Origin: a bacterium
GTDB lineage: Bacteria > Zhuqueibacterota > Zhuqueibacteria > Residuimicrobiales > Krinioviventaceae
Reading direction: 5' to 3'
Length of the DNA: 64,000 nucleotides
Assembly: GCA_963693055.1 (NCBI GenBank)
Contig: OY843751.1
Location: forward strand, 5,152,001-5,216,000
The translations under genes were made by a program, and so were the position numbers. Under the pieces are notes generated by a model, which was not told where the DNA came from, did not search any database, and saw nothing but the letters and a program-made list of their open reading frames with translations. Shown here in pieces: positions 59,868-64,000 of this stretch (position 1 is the first letter of the stretch; every line of letters begins with the position of its first letter).

Positions 59868-60684
59868 CGATCCCCTCCTTGGTTTGTTTTTTTTTCGAGG
59901 GGTATAACACCTTTAATTGCTCCAATAACTCTACATAGATCGGCGGCCATTTGTCACCCTGTTTATGATGCTCAAAAATATCCAGGTACTCACGGGTCAA
60001 ACGCTCACTTTGGCCTAATAACCGACTGATCTCTTTGATATCCTGCATACCATGATTCAGTAATAACAACAGCCTGCCAAAGCTGCACACATATCGTTTT
60101 ATTGAAAACGCGCTATGACGACTTTTACGAATAATTGCATCGTATGTGTCTCCCTGCAAATACAGTTCAATAATGTGGCTTTTGTGTGACAAGCTCCGAC
60201 CGATGTCATGGTCTGTTCCGCGCGTGTGAATAAAGTTGCCATCAGTCTGCAAAGACTTTATATCCTGGCGTACAGTGCGGCTCGTAACCTGGAGGATCCG
60301 GGCCAAATCCTCTTGTGTCAAAGAACCTTCCTGATCCCAGGCTTCTTCGGTCAATCGTAAGACCTTTAACTGGCGCAGTGCCTTGGGACCGCTTTCTTTT
60401 AATACATTTAAATCTTCTACACCGGCATCCAGTGTTAACTCTACTTCTTTCAATTCCTGCTCACCCAGGGGCTTGCCATGTTTTGCCTTGGTGGATGCGC
60501 AGATATATTTTATTTTACCAACTGTCTGGGGAACCTCGCCAAATAAACACTGCTTGGCTAAATCCAATATCCCTTTACTTTCTGCCGGTGATAATTCAAA
60601 TTCTTTTCGTAAAGAATTGATGAATACTTGCTCGGGTGTTTTTTCTAATATCCTGTCATACAAACTACTACGAGTATTGTACAT
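59857..60684 (-). CDS. DUF1670-like protein A
   Basis: RLTEEAWDQEGSLTQEDLARIL, TRG..HDIGRSLSHK, RHSAFSIKRY; GGAGG RBS; overlaps gene B by 11 nt. Confidence 0.8.
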   Translation of the reverse strand: MYNTRSSLYDRILEKTPEQVFINSLRKEFELSPAESKGILDLAKQCLFGEVPQTVGKIKYICASTKAKHGKPLGEQELKEVELTLDAGVEDLNVLKESGPKALRQLKVLRLTEEAWDQEGSLTQEDLARILQVTSRTVRQDIKSLQTDGNFIHTRGTDHDIGRSLSHKSHIIELYLQGDTYDAIIRKSRHSAFSIKRYVCSFGRLLLLLNHGMQDIKEISRLLGQSERLTREYLDIFEHHKQGDKWPPIYVELLEQLKVLYPSKKKQTKEGIDED

Positions 60685-60789
60685 TTGTCCTCCGGTAAGT
60701 TTTAAAATCTTTGTTTGACTTCCGGTTACTTCTAGTAAATACTATATGAAATAACCGCCTTTTTTCCAAAACCTACCGGAAAATTTTCC

Positions 60790-63700
60790 TTATTTGAGGA
60801 AAACTATTTCTCTTATTTGTTTAAAGGTACCGGCCTTCATTTGTACAAAATAAACACCGCTACTAACCAGGTTGCCAACATCGTTATTTCCGTCCCACAC
60901 CTTGTTATGAACACCTGCATCCATCTTGGTGCTTACCAGGGTTCTTACCGGTTGTCCCAATACATTAAAGATTGTGATCTCTACCTTTGAATCCTGAGGC
61001 AGACTGTACTGGAATGTCGTACGGTTGTTGAACGGGTTTGGATAGTTTTGGCTCAATTCAAATTTCGTTGGTAATTTCATACCAGCTACCTGGGTTTCTA
61101 TATCACTCAACAGAATGAACTGGTGATTGCTCGAGTTACGTAAATCAACCTTGTTCAAGGTAACCTGTGACTCTGCGGCCAGATCAACACGTTCGAACTC
61201 GATTGTTGCCAGAACACCGGTCCCTGCAATTTCGGGTGAAATTTCGGCAGAAGCCAGGCGAGACAGAGATATATCCAGCACACCTGCTTTTGACTGATCA
61301 TCCGCAAAAAATGCAATTGCCGTATTATTGTCATTCAACAAATCACCAGCACTTGCTGATTTATAACGCAATACCAGGGGATCATATTTAACCTGTAAAT
61401 GTCCCATACCCAGGTTTGCGATCTCTTGCGCGGTGATATTCAGTTTCACGGTACGTTCTTTTTCCTGATCAGGTACATCGGCCCAACCAATTTTATTGGT
61501 AACCTTGGACAGTGAAGATCCTGTATTCTTGTAATTGTCGTGGTACCAGTTCCACATCTGGGTAAAGACAAACAAATCTTCGTATGAAACCTCATTATCT
61601 GGAGTAGCAGTCAGGAACGGCATTGAACCTGTAGCCGGACCAATATCGCCACCCGTAGGATTCGTTGTATTCCAATAGGTAGCCAGCAATACAAAATCGC
61701 GGGTATCAATAGCCAGACTGTTGTCAAAATCTCCCAGCAATCGGGAATTGGTGGTTCCGCTAACATACGGTGATTCCAATGTAGGATTCTGTGATTGCAC
61801 CGCAATTGCTGTACTGTTTGGATCCCAGAGATTGAAAGAACTAAACGATACAGGATTACTGCTGGTAGTACTCAAAATTTGGAAACGTAGTGCGTAAAGT
61901 GTACCGGTTCCGTTGATTCCGGCAGTTCCGGCATTCACATTACGTCCCAATTGAATGGTGATTCTGCCATTCACATCGGTCACCGATTGAATCAGGGATG
62001 AACCATCCTGGCTCAGAAAAGATCCGGCGTAATGCCCAACAAAATCCAGAGCGGTTGTATCATAATCCAGGCTAATGTAGCAGGAATCCACATTCACCAA
62101 AGATTCACCATTAATGTTCAAGGTAACATAATTGCCAACCAGTCCCAGAATTTGTGTAGGTTCTGTAACCAGTCTTGAAGAACCAACAAAGTAACGACCT
62201 GTTCCGTATCCGTTCTTGTCACCGCTTACCGCTTTAACAACTACACTGCGAGTACCATCATAAGTTGATGTATTCAGGGTGGTATAGGTGACAACATAAA
62301 GGGATGTCAGTACATCCTTGAGGTCATCAATCACATTACTCATATCCTGCTCATAGGAAATCAAAGCACCACCCGTAACATATGGCAGCATGTAAGAATT
62401 GTTTTCACTGTCTGGTCCAATATAGTGGCAAACAATTCCCTGTTCTTTCAACATATATGCCAATGAACTGTCCGTATATTCAACACCACTGATCTGGGCT
62501 GTTGTATAATGGGAATTATTGGTAATTACCATTACGGCTTTTGCTGCATAATTTCTGAATCCCAGTCGAGATGCCTTGTAAACCGCAAGCAAAGAATTGG
62601 TTACACCATCACCCTGCGTATCAGAAACAGTTTCAAGAGTTTCAAACCAAGCCTTAAACTGTTTACTGTCTGACGTCAATTCACCCACAGTGCTGATGGC
62701 ATCGCTATAGGTTACCAAACCAAATCGATAATCAATTCCGTGAGTGCTCAGCGAATCTCCCAAAGCAGAGAGATATGTTTTTAAAGATGAAACTGTACTT
62801 GCCATGTTGGTAGAGATATCAACAACAAAAACCATATCAAGCTTTGCAGGATGGCTGCTGCTGACCTTATTGACACTGGTCACAGATTCATCTATACCAT
62901 TTTCAGTGATATCAAAATTACCAATTGATAAACCATCAACAACCTGAACGCGTGCGTCGTCGCTGGATGTATCGATCACAGAAACATAGGTATTAATTTG
63001 GGGGAATTGTTCACTATTTATACCATGTACAAGCAGGTAATATCCGCTTGTGGTGGTATTTTCATCTACATTAATATAACTCTCTCGTGTACGGGTCTTT
63101 TGAGTCAAACCATCCGATACTGTTAATTTAACAGTATAAGAACCCGGTTCGGTATAGGTAAATGCCGGATTTTCTTCTTCAGAATCAATTGTACCGTCAC
63201 CATCAAAATCCCATTTCCAACTGGTAACAGAACCTGAGGTAGATGCAGTTTCAATATAATTAATAGACGGTTTCAAATCTGTAAATTGAGGATTACTGCC
63301 AAACAGAGCACCTTCCGGTTCGATTTCAGTGAGAGTGTTGATTACAATCACCTGTCCGGTCACACCGTCAATGTTACAGACATTCCAGTAATCACCTTCA
63401 CCAATCGTAGGCACATGTATGGTTTCAAGCAAGCCAGTATCCCCAAAAACCTGTACAGTACCATTGGATTGGGTTATTTCCGGACTACCGGAATAGTTGT
63501 GTACATATACCTTGTAGGTACCGGTATATCGATTGTACATAGTAATGGTTTCAGGGCCATAGGCACTGGTATCATCAATATCCAGTTCAACAAAGGGTGC
63601 ATTGGTGCTGCTTCCCTTGCTACTGTAATACACTTCATACTTGTTACCCTCAATTGTTGGGGTCAGCATGTGGATATCCAGATCTGAGGGAGTATCTCCC

Positions 63701-64000
63701 CAGGTGAGAACAACACGCATCTGACCTTCACCAATCTCGGGTGACAGTGCAACATTCACAGTCACTCCCGATCCTTCAACCGAGGTCAACTGTTCATAAC
63801 CGTAATAACCTTCAGCGGATACTGACAACAACTGCGCACCGGTTGAAGATTTGTCCTCAAACTGTACAGTGAGCGGATTGGTACCCGATCTTGGTGAACC
63901 TGTAAAATCAGCCGAAAGTGTTCCCACCAGTACATTTGTTAATTCGTAATTACCATTTTCGTCGGTTGTTGTGGTTTGACCGGCAATAACTATAGTTGCT
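60790..64000 (-). CDS. Large secreted multidomain protein (PKD, YfaP/DUF2135-like, VWA, cohesin-like, FlgD/Por-type CTD); 5' end outside the window
   Basis: LTWGDTPSDLDIH..DDTSAYGPET; SWKWDFDGDG..NP.FTY..PG.YTV.LTV; FVVDIST; LLGDFD; QNYPNPFN. The frame stays open to the window edge. Confidence 0.85.
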   Translation of the reverse strand, partial: ATIVIAGQTTTTDENGNYELTNVLVGTLSADFTGSPRSGTNPLTVQFEDKSSTGAQLLSVSAEGYYGYEQLTSVEGSGVTVNVALSPEIGEGQMRVVLTWGDTPSDLDIHMLTPTIEGNKYEVYYSSKGSSTNAPFVELDIDDTSAYGPETITMYNRYTGTYKVYVHNYSGSPEITQSNGTVQVFGDTGLLETIHVPTIGEGDYWNVCNIDGVTGQVIVINTLTEIEPEGALFGSNPQFTDLKPSINYIETASTSGSVTSWKWDFDGDGTIDSEEENPAFTYTEPGSYTVKLTVSDGLTQKTRTRESYINVDENTTTSGYYLLVHGINSEQFPQINTYVSVIDTSSDDARVQVVDGLSIGNFDITENGIDESVTSVNKVSSSHPAKLDMVFVVDISTNMASTVSSLKTYLSALGDSLSTHGIDYRFGLVTYSDAISTVGELTSDSKQFKAWFETLETVSDTQGDGVTNSLLAVYKASRLGFRNYAAKAVMVITNNSHYTTAQISGVEYTDSSLAYMLKEQGIVCHYIGPDSENNSYMLPYVTGGALISYEQDMSNVIDDLKDVLTSLYVVTYTTLNTSTYDGTRSVVVKAVSGDKNGYGTGRYFVGSSRLVTEPTQILGLVGNYVTLNINGESLVNVDSCYISLDYDTTALDFVGHYAGSFLSQDGSSLIQSVTDVNGRITIQLGRNVNAGTAGINGTGTLYALRFQILSTTSSNPVSFSSFNLWDPNSTAIAVQSQNPTLESPYVSGTTNSRLLGDFDNSLAIDTRDFVLLATYWNTTNPTGGDIGPATGSMPFLTATPDNEVSYEDLFVFTQMWNWYHDNYKNTGSSLSKVTNKIGWADVPDQEKERTVKLNITAQEIANLGMGHLQVKYDPLVLRYKSASAGDLLNDNNTAIAFFADDQSKAGVLDISLSRLASAEISPEIAGTGVLATIEFERVDLAAESQVTLNKVDLRNSSNHQFILLSDIETQVAGMKLPTKFELSQNYPNPFNNRTTFQYSLPQDSKVEITIFNVLGQPVRTLVSTKMDAGVHNKVWDGNNDVGNLVSSGVYFVQMKAGTFKQIREIVFLK

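Larger units (their letters stand above)
58917..60789 (-). mobile_element. Putative novel insertion element: two DUF1670-like genes, 20-bp TIRs, TTA duplication
   Basis: Left GGAAATATTTCCGGTAGGTT (58917-58936) versus right, reverse-complemented, GGAAAATTTTCCGGTAGGTT (60770-60789): 18/20 match. TTA at 58914-58916 and 60790-60792. Confidence 0.8.

Noticed and set aside
1-64000. tRNA, rRNA, riboswitch or prophage genes
   Set aside because: None recognisable by eye; tRNAscan/Infernal would be needed to exclude small RNAs.

Overview
AT-rich bacterial DNA, probably from an FCB-group lineage such as KSB1 or Calditrichota (inferred from FlgD/Por-like C-terminal sorting domains and a TonB locus without SusD). 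(1) 1-8.2 kb: an array of four orphan Rhs toxin-tip/immunity cassettes. Their shared core is interrupted by short GC-rich palindromic insertions, and an IS256 and an IS5 are also present. (2) 9.4-19 kb: transport, housekeeping and secreted hypothetical genes. (3) 19.3-32.3 kb: a polysaccharide-utilisation locus (ECF sigma, FecR, TonB receptor, sorted beta-helix protein, GH28, an unassigned Tat enzyme) next to two BNR sialidase-like genes. (4) 33-42 kb: metabolic genes (lipocalin, DHFR-like, FabK-like, GH2, purC, DJ-1) with REP/MITE-like repeats. (5) 43-52 kb: five tandem paralogues of the same unassigned ~600-aa Tat-exported TIM-barrel-like family. (6) 52-58.8 kb: SIMPL, a metallophosphoesterase, two MATE transporters and a cyclase. 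(7) 58917-60789, the best novelty candidate: a 1873-bp element with two DUF1670-like genes, 20-bp terminal inverted repeats and a TTA duplication. It sits exactly at a host stop codon and has no recognisable transposase. (8) The 3' part of a large PKD/VWA surface protein. No rRNA, tRNA or CRISPR array was seen. All family calls come from motif recognition by eye, not from database searches.
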